Translations under genes and position numbers: made by a program | The notes under the pieces: model-generated | Told to the model about the DNA's origin: nothing | The model's input: the letters and a program-made list of their open reading frames with translations, nothing else | Databases searched by the model: none | Assembly (NCBI GenBank): GCA_029937645.1 | Contig: JAPYPO010000004.1 | Coordinates: 1-34,394 of the forward strand | Direction of reading: 5' to 3' | Source: Candidatus Hydrogenedentota bacterium | Lineage (GTDB): Bacteria > Hydrogenedentota > Hydrogenedentia > Hydrogenedentales > GCA-2746185 | Length of the DNA: 34,394 nt | Part shown: piece by piece, positions 16,069 through 24,690 of the stretch | Layout: every line of letters begins with the position of its first letter | How positions within the stretch are numbered: the stretch's first letter is position 1

Positions 16069-16979
16069 TGCACCCCAATTTTCTATCGCTTGCCGACTTT
16101 TCCACCGAAGAGTTAAGCGATCTCCTCAATCTTGCCGACCTGCTTAAGGAGCAACAGCGCACGGGGGTGGATCACCGTGAATTGAAGGGCAAAGTGGTCG
16201 CGATGGTATTCGAGAAACCGAGCCTCCGCACCCGGATGACCTTCGAGGCAGGAATATTTCAACTCGGCGCCCATGCGATTTTTTATCCGGATAAGCTGGG
16301 CGCTCGGGAGTCGGAGGCGGATGTCGCGCGCAATCTAACCCGCTGGGTGGACGCCATTGTCGCCCGGACGTTCCGCCATGAATCGGTGGAGATCATGGCG
16401 GAGTACGCCTCGGTGCCGGTGGTCAACGCCTTGACCGATCGGCTCCATCCCTGTCAGGTGCTGGCGGATGCGCAAACGCTGCGCGAGCATCGAGGGGGCC
16501 TGGATGGTTTGAAGATCGCGTTCGTCGGCGACGGCAACAATATGTTTGCGTCGTGGGCGAATCTGGCGACACGGTTTCCTTTTGATTTGACGCTGGTTTG
16601 CCCCGAGGGCTATGAGGGCGACGAAGCGATTCACGCCTTCGCCGCGAAAGAAGCGAAGGGCTCCGTCTCCGTCTCGAACGATCCAGCGGAAGGCGTGCGC
16701 GGCGCGGATGTCATCTACACCGATGTGTGGGCGAGCATGGGTCAGGAAGATGAAAAGAGCGCCCGAGCCCTCGTGTTCGCTCCATACCAAGTGAATGCGG
16801 AATTGATGAGCAAGGCCAAGAGCGATGCCCTTTTCATGCATTGTCTTCCGGCTCACCGCGGTGAAGAAGTAACAGACGAAGTCATCGAGAGCGATCAGTC
16901 GATTGTGTTTGACGAAGCCGAAAACCGACTTCATGCGCAAAAGGCCATTTTGGTGGCTTTGATGAAAAATAGGGGCTGA
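16068..16979 (+). CDS. argF: ornithine carbamoyltransferase
   Basis: FEKPSLRTRMTFE (S-x-R-T-R), HPCQ, and HCLPAHRGEE are present. The start is the ATG overlapping the argD stop. The track ORF 15738.. extends upstream through the argD 3' end in another frame. Confidence 0.92.
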   Translation: MHPNFLSLADFSTEELSDLLNLADLLKEQQRTGVDHRELKGKVVAMVFEKPSLRTRMTFEAGIFQLGAHAIFYPDKLGARESEADVARNLTRWVDAIVARTFRHESVEIMAEYASVPVVNALTDRLHPCQVLADAQTLREHRGGLDGLKIAFVGDGNNMFASWANLATRFPFDLTLVCPEGYEGDEAIHAFAAKEAKGSVSVSNDPAEGVRGADVIYTDVWASMGQEDEKSARALVFAPYQVNAELMSKAKSDALFMHCLPAHRGEEVTDEVIESDQSIVFDEAENRLHAQKAILVALMKNRG

Positions 16980-17020
16980 CGAATCGATCCGCCACGGAAT
17001 AGTAAGGGAAATACCATCAC

Positions 17021-18229
17021 ATGTCAGGAAGCATCAAGAAAATAGTTCTAGCCTATTCGGGCGGATTGGATACGTCCATCATCCTGAAATGGCTTCAGGA
17101 GACGTATAAGGCCGACGTCATCGCGTTTATCGCCGATGTGGGCCAAGGCGAGGAAACGGAACCGGCGCGCCAGAAGGCGGTCGAGACGGGCGCCTCGGCG
17201 GTATATGTCGAAGATCTGCGCGAGGAATTCGTGCGCGATTTCGTCTTTCCTGCCTTACAGGCAAACGCTATTTACGAGGGATCGTACCTACTGGGAACCA
17301 GTGTGGCGCGACCCCTCATCGCGAAGGCGCAAATTGAAGTGCTTCGCAAGGAAAACGCGGACGCCGTCTCCCACGGCGCGACGGGCAAGGGAAACGATCA
17401 GGTTCGCTTCGAGCTGGCCTACATGGCGCTGGAGCCAAATGTCTCGATCATTGCGCCGTGGCGGGACTGGGATCTGAATAGCCGAACGTCGCTGATTGAC
17501 TACGCGGAGAAACACGGTATCGAGGTTCCGGTCTCGAAAAAGATGCCCTACTCGATGGACCGCAATCTGCTCCATATTTCCTACGAGGGCGACGTGCTGG
17601 AGGATCCCTGGACGGAAGCGCCCGACGATATGTTCCTCCTGACGACGGACCCTCGTAAAGCGCCTGATGAGCCTACCTACGTGGAGGTCGATTTCGAACA
17701 GGGTATTCCGGTGGCCGTCGACGGCGAACGGCTTTCGCCAGCGACGTTGCTGGAAAAGTTGAATACGTTGGCTAGCGTGAATGGCGTGGGGCGCGTCGAT
17801 ATCGTCGAAAACCGCTTCGTGGGCATGAAGTCGCGCGGGGTGTACGAGACGCCGGGCGGCACGATCCTCTACGCGGCGCACCGGGGCGTTGAATCCATCA
17901 CGATGGATCGGGAAGTGATGCATCTGCGCGACGGCATGTCTCCGAAAATCGCCCAGCTTATCTATAATGGCTTCTGGTATGCTCCGGAAATGGACGCAAT
18001 GATGGCCTTTGTGAGGCAGTCACAGGAAGACGTGACGGGGACCGCGCGCCTGCGTTTGTACAAGGGCAATTGCGATCTCGTGGGGCGTCGTGCAGAGAAA
18101 TCGCTCTACGACGAAAATATCACCACCTTCGAGGAAGATGAAGGCGCATACGACCAAGCGGAAGCAGGAGCATTCATTCGCCTGAACGCGTTGCGCCTCC
18201 GGGTGCGGAAACAGGCGGGACTTTCGTAA
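17021..18229 (+). CDS. argG: argininosuccinate synthase
   Basis: The ATP-binding motif is [27 protein letters not shown] and the conserved C-terminal region are present. Confidence 0.95.
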   Translation: MSGSIKKIVLAYSGGLDTSIILKWLQETYKADVIAFIADVGQGEETEPARQKAVETGASAVYVEDLREEFVRDFVFPALQANAIYEGSYLLGTSVARPLIAKAQIEVLRKENADAVSHGATGKGNDQVRFELAYMALEPNVSIIAPWRDWDLNSRTSLIDYAEKHGIEVPVSKKMPYSMDRNLLHISYEGDVLEDPWTEAPDDMFLLTTDPRKAPDEPTYVEVDFEQGIPVAVDGERLSPATLLEKLNTLASVNGVGRVDIVENRFVGMKSRGVYETPGGTILYAAHRGVESITMDREVMHLRDGMSPKIAQLIYNGFWYAPEMDAMMAFVRQSQEDVTGTARLRLYKGNCDLVGRRAEKSLYDENITTFEEDEGAYDQAEAGAFIRLNALRLRVRKQAGLS

Positions 18230-18275
18230 CCGCTTCTCACCGCTCGCTTTGCTTGCGGTTCGAATTCGTTGTTAT

Positions 18276-18340
18276 GTTCTTTCTTCTTGGGAAAGAAGAA
18301 AGAACCAAAGAAGAACCGGGCGATACTTTGTATCGCCTAT
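18276..18340 (+). repeat. 65-nt two-hairpin intergenic element, copy 1 (between argG and argH)
   Basis: Hairpin 1 is GTTCTTTCTTCTT GGGA AAGAAGAAAGAAC (13-bp perfect stem, 18276-18305). Hairpin 2 is GGCGATA CTTTG TATCGCC (18319-18337). An ungapped hand alignment to the reverse complement of 22754-22818 gives 58 identities in 65 positions. Confidence 0.8.
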
Positions 18341-18414
18341 GGCGAAGGTAATTTTTTGGGCTTGGTTCGTCCTTCATAGATGGCGGCCAATTGAACCACC
18401 ATGGACATGCCACG

Positions 18415-19791
18415 ATGAAAAAACTTTGGGGAGGCCGGTTCGAGCAGGAAGCCGACGCGCTGGTGGAACGGCTCGGGGAATCGGTTTCGTTTGACGCCCG
18501 GCTCGCGCCTTGGGATATTCGCGGCAGCATCGCACATGCGCGGATGTTGGGCGAGTGCGCCATCATCTCGAAGAGGGATGCCAAGAAGATCATCGCGGGC
18601 CTGAAGGCGATCGGCAAAGACATCGTGTCGGGAGATTTCACCTTCGACCCCGCGCTGGAAGATGTTCACATGAACATCGAGACGGCGCTTACGGAACGAA
18701 TCGGGGATGCCGGCAAGCGCCTGCACACCGGTCGCAGCCGCAACGATCAGATCGCGACGGATGTCCGCATGTGGGCGCGGGATCAGATCGACGTGATCGA
18801 TGGGCTCCTTACAGGGTTGCAACAGGCCTTCGTCACGTTTGCCGAGTCGCATAACGAAGCCATCCTTCCCGGCTGTACGCATCTGCAACACGGCCAGCCC
18901 GTTCTCTTGGCGCATCATAATTTGGCCTATGTCGAAATGTTTAGCCGGGATGCGGAGCGCTTCGGCCAGTTGCGGCGCCGGGTGAACGTGATGCCGCTGG
19001 GCTCGGCCGCCATGGCGGGAACACCCTACCCCATCGACCGGAAACGAGTCGCGCGGGAGTTGGAGTTCGATAGCGTATCGGCGAACAGTATGGATGCGGT
19101 ATCGGATCGGGATTTTCTCATTGAATTCTGCGCCAATGTGGCGTTGACCATGATGCACTTATCTCGATTCAGCGAAGAATTGATTCTCTGGTCCTCACCC
19201 GAGTTCGGGTTTATTGAGATCGGCGACGCGTTTACGACCGGATCGAGCATCATGCCGCAGAAAAAGAACCCCGATGTCGCGGAATTGGTTCGCGGGAAGA
19301 CCGGGCGTGTGTATGGAGACCTCACCGCGCTGTTGACCTTGATGAAAGGATTGCCGCTGGCGTACAACCGCGACTTGCAGGAGGATAAGGAACCGGCCTT
19401 CGACGCGTCGGATACCGTACAACTGTGCCTGGCGGTCGTCGCGCGGATGATTCCGGCGATTGCTATCGACGCGGACGCTATGGCACGGGCCACGGAGCGC
19501 GGATTTCTTGAGGCGACCGATTTGGCGGATTACCTTGCGGCCCGTGGCCTTCCCTTTCGCGAGGCCCACGCGGTGGTAGGCAAGCTGGTTCTCCATTGCA
19601 CGAAGAAGGATCTAAAACTTCCCTGTTTGAGTCTCGAAGATCTTCGTCGCTTTTCGCCTCTCTTCAATGAAGATGTATTGAAGATCATGGCTCCCGAGGC
19701 GATTGTTCGCGCGCGCGACACCATCGGTGGCACCGCGCCGCGCCGGGTTCGCGCCGCGCTATCCCGGGCACGCAAGCGGCTTTTCCGGTAA
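18415..19791 (+). CDS. argH: argininosuccinate lyase
   Basis: MKKLWGGRFE at the N-terminus, HTGRSRNDQ, and the signature GSSIMPQKKNPD are present. The start was moved to the internal ATG at 18415, which gives the typical N-terminus. Confidence 0.95.
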   Translation: MKKLWGGRFEQEADALVERLGESVSFDARLAPWDIRGSIAHARMLGECAIISKRDAKKIIAGLKAIGKDIVSGDFTFDPALEDVHMNIETALTERIGDAGKRLHTGRSRNDQIATDVRMWARDQIDVIDGLLTGLQQAFVTFAESHNEAILPGCTHLQHGQPVLLAHHNLAYVEMFSRDAERFGQLRRRVNVMPLGSAAMAGTPYPIDRKRVARELEFDSVSANSMDAVSDRDFLIEFCANVALTMMHLSRFSEELILWSSPEFGFIEIGDAFTTGSSIMPQKKNPDVAELVRGKTGRVYGDLTALLTLMKGLPLAYNRDLQEDKEPAFDASDTVQLCLAVVARMIPAIAIDADAMARATERGFLEATDLADYLAARGLPFREAHAVVGKLVLHCTKKDLKLPCLSLEDLRRFSPLFNEDVLKIMAPEAIVRARDTIGGTAPRRVRAALSRARKRLFR

Positions 19792-19843
19792 AATTGATGC
19801 GCCTTCGAGGGTTTCCAGGATGCGATAACCCCGTTCGACCGTC

Positions 19844-19871
19844 TTGCGTGGACGCCTAAATGTGGTATGAT
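19844..19871 (+). promoter_or_regulatory. candidate sigma70-type promoter (TTGCGT, 16 nt, TATGAT) upstream of the REC-GAF-HD-GYP gene
   Basis: The hexamers are read directly. The -10 lies 33 nt upstream of the ATG and AAGGGGAG RBS follows. The call rests on hexamer resemblance only. Confidence 0.3.
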
Positions 19872-19903
19872 TGCAGCTCTCTCACCTGTGTTAAGGGGAG
19901 TAA

Positions 19904-21439
19904 ATGAGCGGCGAACCCAACAAGATATTGATCGTGGACGATGAATCTGTCATCCGCGAGTTGATGATTGATATCCTCTCGGAAGAGGGGTATTCAGTTG
20001 AGGCGGCACCCGGCGCGCTCGAAGCGCTGGAAATCCTCAAAGAAGACCGCAATTTCGTCTTGCTATTCACCGATATCATGATGCCGAAGATGGACGGCAT
20101 CGAGTTGATTCGGGAGGCCCGCCGGATTAACCCCACGCTCATCCCGATTGTCATGACCGGATACGCCACCCTGGAGTCGGCCCGCGCGGCTGTCAAGGAA
20201 GGGGCCTACGACTATGTCCTCAAACCGTTCAGCCTGAGCGAAATTAAGATCGCGGTCGCCAACGCCCTTGAGCGCTACCAACTCGCCAACGAAAACACCC
20301 GGCTCCTTGAATTGACGGAGCTGTTCAACATCAGCGAAAACGTGGCGACCTTCCATGATGAACGGATGCTGCTCGACTATGTATTGAAGGCCGCGCTGAA
20401 TCGTGTGGGCGCTGAGCGTGGTTCAATTATGCTCGTTTCCGCTGATGGAACCTCGCTGGATGTCGCGGCTTCCATTGGCGTCCCCGAGGAAGCACAACGG
20501 GACCGGGTCCAGATCGGCAACGGCATTTCAGGGTGGGTCGCGGAGCACGGGACTGCGCTTATCGTGGAAGACATTGGGAAGAACCCGGATCTCAAGGAGA
20601 TTAGCCGCCAACTCAAAGACGCCTCGTTCATCTCGGTGCCGCTCGAACGCAAATTGTCTTCTAACAGTCCAGCCGCGAAACCGTCAAGCAATGGGAACAA
20701 CGGCGTGCTGGCGGTTCTCAACGTGAACCGAAAGAAAAGCGGTGGCCACTTTACCGAAGGCGACCTCAAGATATTGAGCATCGTGGCAAACCATACGGCC
20801 ATCGCCTTGGAGAATGTCCGTCTTATTGATGACGTAAAAGATGCGCACCTGGCGACCCTGAAATCCATGACGCTGGTCCTGGAAGCAAAAGACCCCTACA
20901 CCCACGGCCATAGCGAACGCGTGCGTAATTACTCCGTCATGGCGGCTCTGAAAATGGGCCTGAACACGGTGGATGTAGAAACGCTTCGCCTCGGGGCGAT
21001 GCTGCACGACGTCGGCAAGATCGGCGTCTCGGACACGATCCTCAATTCGGTCGAGAAACTTACGGACGAGGAATGGAACCAGATTAAGCTTCATCCGGTC
21101 ATTGGCTACGACGTGCTAAAACCGGTCGGGTTTCTGACGAAAGCGCATCTTAGACTTGTGCGATCTCATCACGAGCGCTTGGACGGATCGGGGTATCCGG
21201 ATGGGCTCACGGGCGATGAACTGGACGACTTGGTGCGCATCATCGCCGTCGCCGACACCTATGACGCTATGTCGAGCAACCGCGCGTACCGCCGCGGAAT
21301 TCCTCCAGATGTCATCGTCGAGGAGCTAAAGCGCTGTGGCGGAACTACCTTGGACGAAAAAGTATCCAGCCTCTTCGTCGATCTCATTGAGAGCGGTGAA
21401 ATCGACCAGTTTGCGCGATGCGAACCGGGCACTTCTTAG
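19904..21439 (+). CDS. response regulator with REC, GAF and HD-GYP (c-di-GMP phosphodiesterase type) domains
   Basis: The REC domain has ILIVDDE...LLFTDIMMPKMDG...K. A central GAF-like region is present. The HD-GYP domain has HGHSERV, MLHDVGKIG and HHERLDGSGYPDGL. Confidence 0.9.
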   Translation: MSGEPNKILIVDDESVIRELMIDILSEEGYSVEAAPGALEALEILKEDRNFVLLFTDIMMPKMDGIELIREARRINPTLIPIVMTGYATLESARAAVKEGAYDYVLKPFSLSEIKIAVANALERYQLANENTRLLELTELFNISENVATFHDERMLLDYVLKAALNRVGAERGSIMLVSADGTSLDVAASIGVPEEAQRDRVQIGNGISGWVAEHGTALIVEDIGKNPDLKEISRQLKDASFISVPLERKLSSNSPAAKPSSNGNNGVLAVLNVNRKKSGGHFTEGDLKILSIVANHTAIALENVRLIDDVKDAHLATLKSMTLVLEAKDPYTHGHSERVRNYSVMAALKMGLNTVDVETLRLGAMLHDVGKIGVSDTILNSVEKLTDEEWNQIKLHPVIGYDVLKPVGFLTKAHLRLVRSHHERLDGSGYPDGLTGDELDDLVRIIAVADTYDAMSSNRAYRRGIPPDVIVEELKRCGGTTLDEKVSSLFVDLIESGEIDQFARCEPGTS

Positions 21440-21549
21440 CCCGCTCGTCACGGTCCATGCGCCACCGGAATCATGAATGATCGCCGCTCGACCGGCCCGG
21501 CAAGATGAACGCGATTACGCCCACCATGCTGCGCGCCCAACCCCGGATG

Positions 21550-21578
21550 TTGCCCTGCCCCCCGTTCATCCGCATAAT
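21550..21578 (+). promoter_or_regulatory. candidate promoter (TTGCCC, 17 nt, CATAAT) upstream of the aminotransferase gene
   Basis: The hexamers are read directly, 43 nt upstream of the ATG at 21621. The call rests on hexamer resemblance only. Confidence 0.25.
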
Positions 21579-21620
21579 GTTGGGCTTCAACGCCAACCCG
21601 TGCCCCTCAAAGGAAGACTC

Positions 21621-22727
21621 ATGAGTTTCATCGCGACACGCATGTCCTGCATTGACGCCAGCGGTATCCGAAAGGTATTCGCCTTGGCGGCCAAGATGGA
21701 GAACCCCATCAATTTAAGCATCGGCCAGCCGGACTACGATGTAGACGAGGTGGTGAAGGAAGCCGCGATTCAGAAGATTCGCGAGGGCGCGAATTCCTAC
21801 ACGCAGACCTGGGGCATCGACGCGTTGCGCGAGGGGTGTTCGGATTACTATAAGGATCGTTTTGGATTTCCGCTCTCGAACACGATGATCACCTCTGGCG
21901 TGTCGGGCGGCCTCTTCTTGGCGCTGATGTCTTGCGTGAATACAGGCGATGAAGTGCTTTTCGGCGATCCGTATTTTGTCATGTACAAACACCTGGTCAA
22001 TGTCTTGGGCGGGAAAAGCGTCCCGGTGAGCACCTATCCCGACTTTAAGTTAAGGGCGGACGCAGTAGAAGCCGCGATCACGGAAAAGACCAAGATCCTC
22101 ATTCTTAATTCTCCCTCGAATCCGACAGGCGTCACGCAGGATCGCGATGAATTGGAAGCGCTCGCGGCGGTCGCAAAGCGTCACGGGCTTCTGGTAATCA
22201 CGGATGAAATTTACGAGCGGCTCCAGTATGAGGGCGAGCCGGTAAGCATCGCAGGCATGCACGACGACACGATCGTGTTGAATGGATTCTCCAAAATGGC
22301 GGCGATGACGGGCTGGCGCGTGGGGTTTGCCGCGGGGCCAGAAGAAGTCATCGAGCAGATGAACACGCTCCAGCAGTATTCCTTCGTATGCGCGCCGTCG
22401 TTTGCGCAACATGCCGCGCTCGTCGCGCTGACGGAGGACACTTCGGACAAGGTAGAAGCCTACCGCGAGAAACGGGATATTCTCTACGAAGGGCTGCAAG
22501 AAAATTTCTCGGTGGAAAAACCGACCGGCGCGTTTTATATATTTCCAGAAGCGCCCGGCGGGGATGGTGAAGCCTTTGTAGAAAAGGCTATCGAAAATAA
22601 CGTATTGATCATTCCTGGCAGTGTGTTTAGTGAACAGAACACACACATTCGGATTAGTTTTGCGGCGGCAAATGACACGTTACGGCAGGGGTTGGATGTG
22701 TTAAATCGGTTGGCTGGGGAATATTAG
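21621..22727 (+). CDS. class I/II PLP-dependent aminotransferase (aspartate aminotransferase-like)
   Basis: LSIGQPDYD, NSPSNPTG and the PLP-lysine motif FSKMAAMTGWRVGF are present. The start was set at the ATG preceded by AAAGGAAG. The upstream 48 codons of the track ORF look non-coding. Confidence 0.9.
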   Translation: MSFIATRMSCIDASGIRKVFALAAKMENPINLSIGQPDYDVDEVVKEAAIQKIREGANSYTQTWGIDALREGCSDYYKDRFGFPLSNTMITSGVSGGLFLALMSCVNTGDEVLFGDPYFVMYKHLVNVLGGKSVPVSTYPDFKLRADAVEAAITEKTKILILNSPSNPTGVTQDRDELEALAAVAKRHGLLVITDEIYERLQYEGEPVSIAGMHDDTIVLNGFSKMAAMTGWRVGFAAGPEEVIEQMNTLQQYSFVCAPSFAQHAALVALTEDTSDKVEAYREKRDILYEGLQENFSVEKPTGAFYIFPEAPGGDGEAFVEKAIENNVLIIPGSVFSEQNTHIRISFAAANDTLRQGLDVLNRLAGEY

Positions 22728-22753
22728 ATCTCTTTGATCAGAATGTCCCCCCA

Positions 22754-22818
22754 ATAGGTGATACGCAGTATCGCACGGTTTTTCTTTGGTTCATTCTTCT
22801 TCCCCAAGAAGAAAGAAC
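22754..22818 (-). repeat. 65-nt two-hairpin intergenic element, copy 2 (inverted relative to copy 1), between convergent genes
   Basis: On the plus strand the sequence reads GTGATAC GCA GTATCGC, then GGTTTTTCTTTG, then GTTCATTCTTCTT CCCC AAGAAGAAAGAAC. It lies 27 nt after the aminotransferase stop and 19 nt after the hisG-like stop. Confidence 0.8.
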
Positions 22819-22836
22819 GGCACTTCTTAAGACGCC

Positions 22837-23877
22837 CTAAAAATCGATAACGTCGAGGGAGGGAATCGCGGAGTCGAGGGGCACGGTTTCGATGCTGGTC
22901 GCGCCGAGCTTGGCGAGTTCATAGCGAACCTTCGCGATGGGAAGATCCTTAGAGGCCGCGTCGAGTTGGATCGTGAATTCGACGTAGTTGACGCCTTCAT
23001 TCAGCGTGGGTTCGTCGGCAAAGAGCGCGTTCTTTTCAAGGTACTCCACAATCGCTCCCATGGTCTCCTTCTTGCAATTGAAGAAGACAAGGGCCTTGTG
23101 TTCGGCGAAGATCGCGCCGTACAGATTGAAGAGAAACATGCGGGCCAGGTCGTACTTTTCCGGGTCGTTCTTGATGGCCGTATTGGCCCAGACGCAGGCT
23201 TCCGATTCCATGACGACATCGGCGATGTTGAGGCCGTAATTCCGGATTGCGCTGCCGGTTTGGGTGATCTCGAGGCCGAAATCGACGGACTCGTTTGTGA
23301 CCTTGGCCTCCGTCTTTCCCCAGGTCTCGTAGACCACGATCCCGGAATCGATGCGCGGCGGCGTTTTGAATTTCTGTACCGAGAAGGCGCCGTGCGACTC
23401 GCCGAAGCCGAGCGAGGCCGCCTTCTGCTGAAACCACTCGATGGCCAGATAGGGCATTTCCGACACCATGGTCACGAGAGATTTCTCTGTGAGGAGTTCC
23501 GTCAGCCATTCATCGCAGGGCCGCTTGTCGCGGTTGATGATTACGATCCGCACCGTGCCCCGGCCCAGGGTCAGCACGGGGGTCACGTCGATTTCTTTGC
23601 CGTACTCGTATTTGAATTCAAGTTGCCGTTCGCGCATCCAGTCTTGGCCGCCGATGGCGACATCGATTTCACCCAGGGCGAGCTGCGCGCTGAATTCTTG
23701 GGGACGCCCGTCCCACCCGACAAGAAACGAGGTTAGCGGGAAGGTAGTCGGGCCCCCTTTGTCGTAACCCTTGGTCGGGAATCCGGCTTGCATCAGCAGG
23801 TTTACCAGGCTGCCGCCGCGCTGGGGATCGGCCAGCGATCCCGCGGGCATGCCGATAATGAGTTGGGTGTCGCTCAT
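22837..23877 (-). CDS. hisG: ATP phosphoribosyltransferase-like protein (divergent, long HisG-type)
   Basis: The N-terminus LIIGMPAGSL, then RPQEFSAQLALGEIDVAIGGQDWMRE, the PRPP-loop-like LEITQTGSAIRNYGL, and a C-terminal regulatory-domain-like region all align by eye to the corresponding E. coli HisG segments. At 346 aa it is longer than typical. The start could be the ATG at 23877 or the GTG at 23919. Confidence 0.6.
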   Translation of the reverse strand: MSDTQLIIGMPAGSLADPQRGGSLVNLLMQAGFPTKGYDKGGPTTFPLTSFLVGWDGRPQEFSAQLALGEIDVAIGGQDWMRERQLEFKYEYGKEIDVTPVLTLGRGTVRIVIINRDKRPCDEWLTELLTEKSLVTMVSEMPYLAIEWFQQKAASLGFGESHGAFSVQKFKTPPRIDSGIVVYETWGKTEAKVTNESVDFGLEITQTGSAIRNYGLNIADVVMESEACVWANTAIKNDPEKYDLARMFLFNLYGAIFAEHKALVFFNCKKETMGAIVEYLEKNALFADEPTLNEGVNYVEFTIQLDAASKDLPIAKVRYELAKLGATSIETVPLDSAIPSLDVIDF

Positions 23878-23967
23878 GGAAGTTGGGTCCTGTGAAGTGC
23901 GCCTCTCGGCGGGTGGCACCGCATTACTTGGAGATTGTTGATACCGTGCGGCGAAACGAAGCGCCGA

Positions 23968-24690
23968 TTATAGCACCTGCCGGAAAACCATGAAACCCTC
24001 GGCTGCTTTGACGGAAATTTCGCTGCCGCGGATGCGCGCCGTGTATTCCACGTTCTGCACGCTGGAATGGTGGATGGGATCGCGCATTTGCGAGGCGTGC
24101 ATGGCCAGGGCGGTCAGCTTTTGATCGAGGAAATCGGAGATATCTACGTAGAAATTGGGGTGAAACTTCTCACGTTCCAGGCTCCAGAAGAGGGACGTAT
24201 TGTTGTACCCGATCACAATGGGCTGGAAAGGTTTGATGGACGGAACCCCAGGCCGGGCCGCGGTAAATGCTGCGCGAAATACCGCCTCGTGATCCTGATT
24301 ATAGGAGGACACGGGAATGGCGACCATGGTCGGCTTCAATCTATCGTAGGCGAGTTTGCTCGTCTGTTCGATCTTCTCGATGAGATCGCGGCGCGGAATA
24401 GCGTCGAGCCGCAGGTGGGTTTCGGCGTCGTCGTATAAGACGTCGTAGTCGTCCACCTTCAGATACTCCATGACGTTGGCTAACTCGTGGCCGCGCGTTT
24501 CGCCCTCGACGAGATGATCGGTGCCGTCATAATGCTTCAACGTCCCCATGCTGCACACCATGACATACACCTCGCCGCCGAGGCTCTTAATGCGCGCCAT
24601 GGTGCCCGCACATCCAAAGGATTCGTCATCGGGATGGGGCGCGACAACCAGAAATCGTTGTTTCGATAAATACTCTTCCTCAGGCGTCAA
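23968..24690 (-). CDS. PIG-L / LmbE family N-acetylglucosaminyl deacetylase
   Basis: The family zinc-binding signature VVAPHPDDESFGCAGT is at the N-terminus. Further conserved His and Asp residues lie downstream. TTG start overlapping the end of the upstream GT4 gene by 11 nt. Confidence 0.9.
   Translation of the reverse strand: MTPEEEYLSKQRFLVVAPHPDDESFGCAGTMARIKSLGGEVYVMVCSMGTLKHYDGTDHLVEGETRGHELANVMEYLKVDDYDVLYDDAETHLRLDAIPRRDLIEKIEQTSKLAYDRLKPTMVAIPVSSYNQDHEAVFRAAFTAARPGVPSIKPFQPIVIGYNNTSLFWSLEREKFHPNFYVDISDFLDQKLTALAMHASQMRDPIHHSSVQNVEYTARIRGSEISVKAAEGFMVFRQVL

Noticed and set aside
16335-19158. Long minus-strand ORFs opposite argF, argG and argH (16335..16940, 17288..17923, 18337..19158)
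   Set aside because: They are antisense to genes with canonical signatures, and 18337..19158 also reads through the intergenic repeat.
22966-23736. 256-aa plus-strand ORF, and other overlapping ORFs, within the hisG-like gene
   Set aside because: It is antisense to or out of frame with the gene that carries the recognisable HisG landmarks, and it has no motifs.
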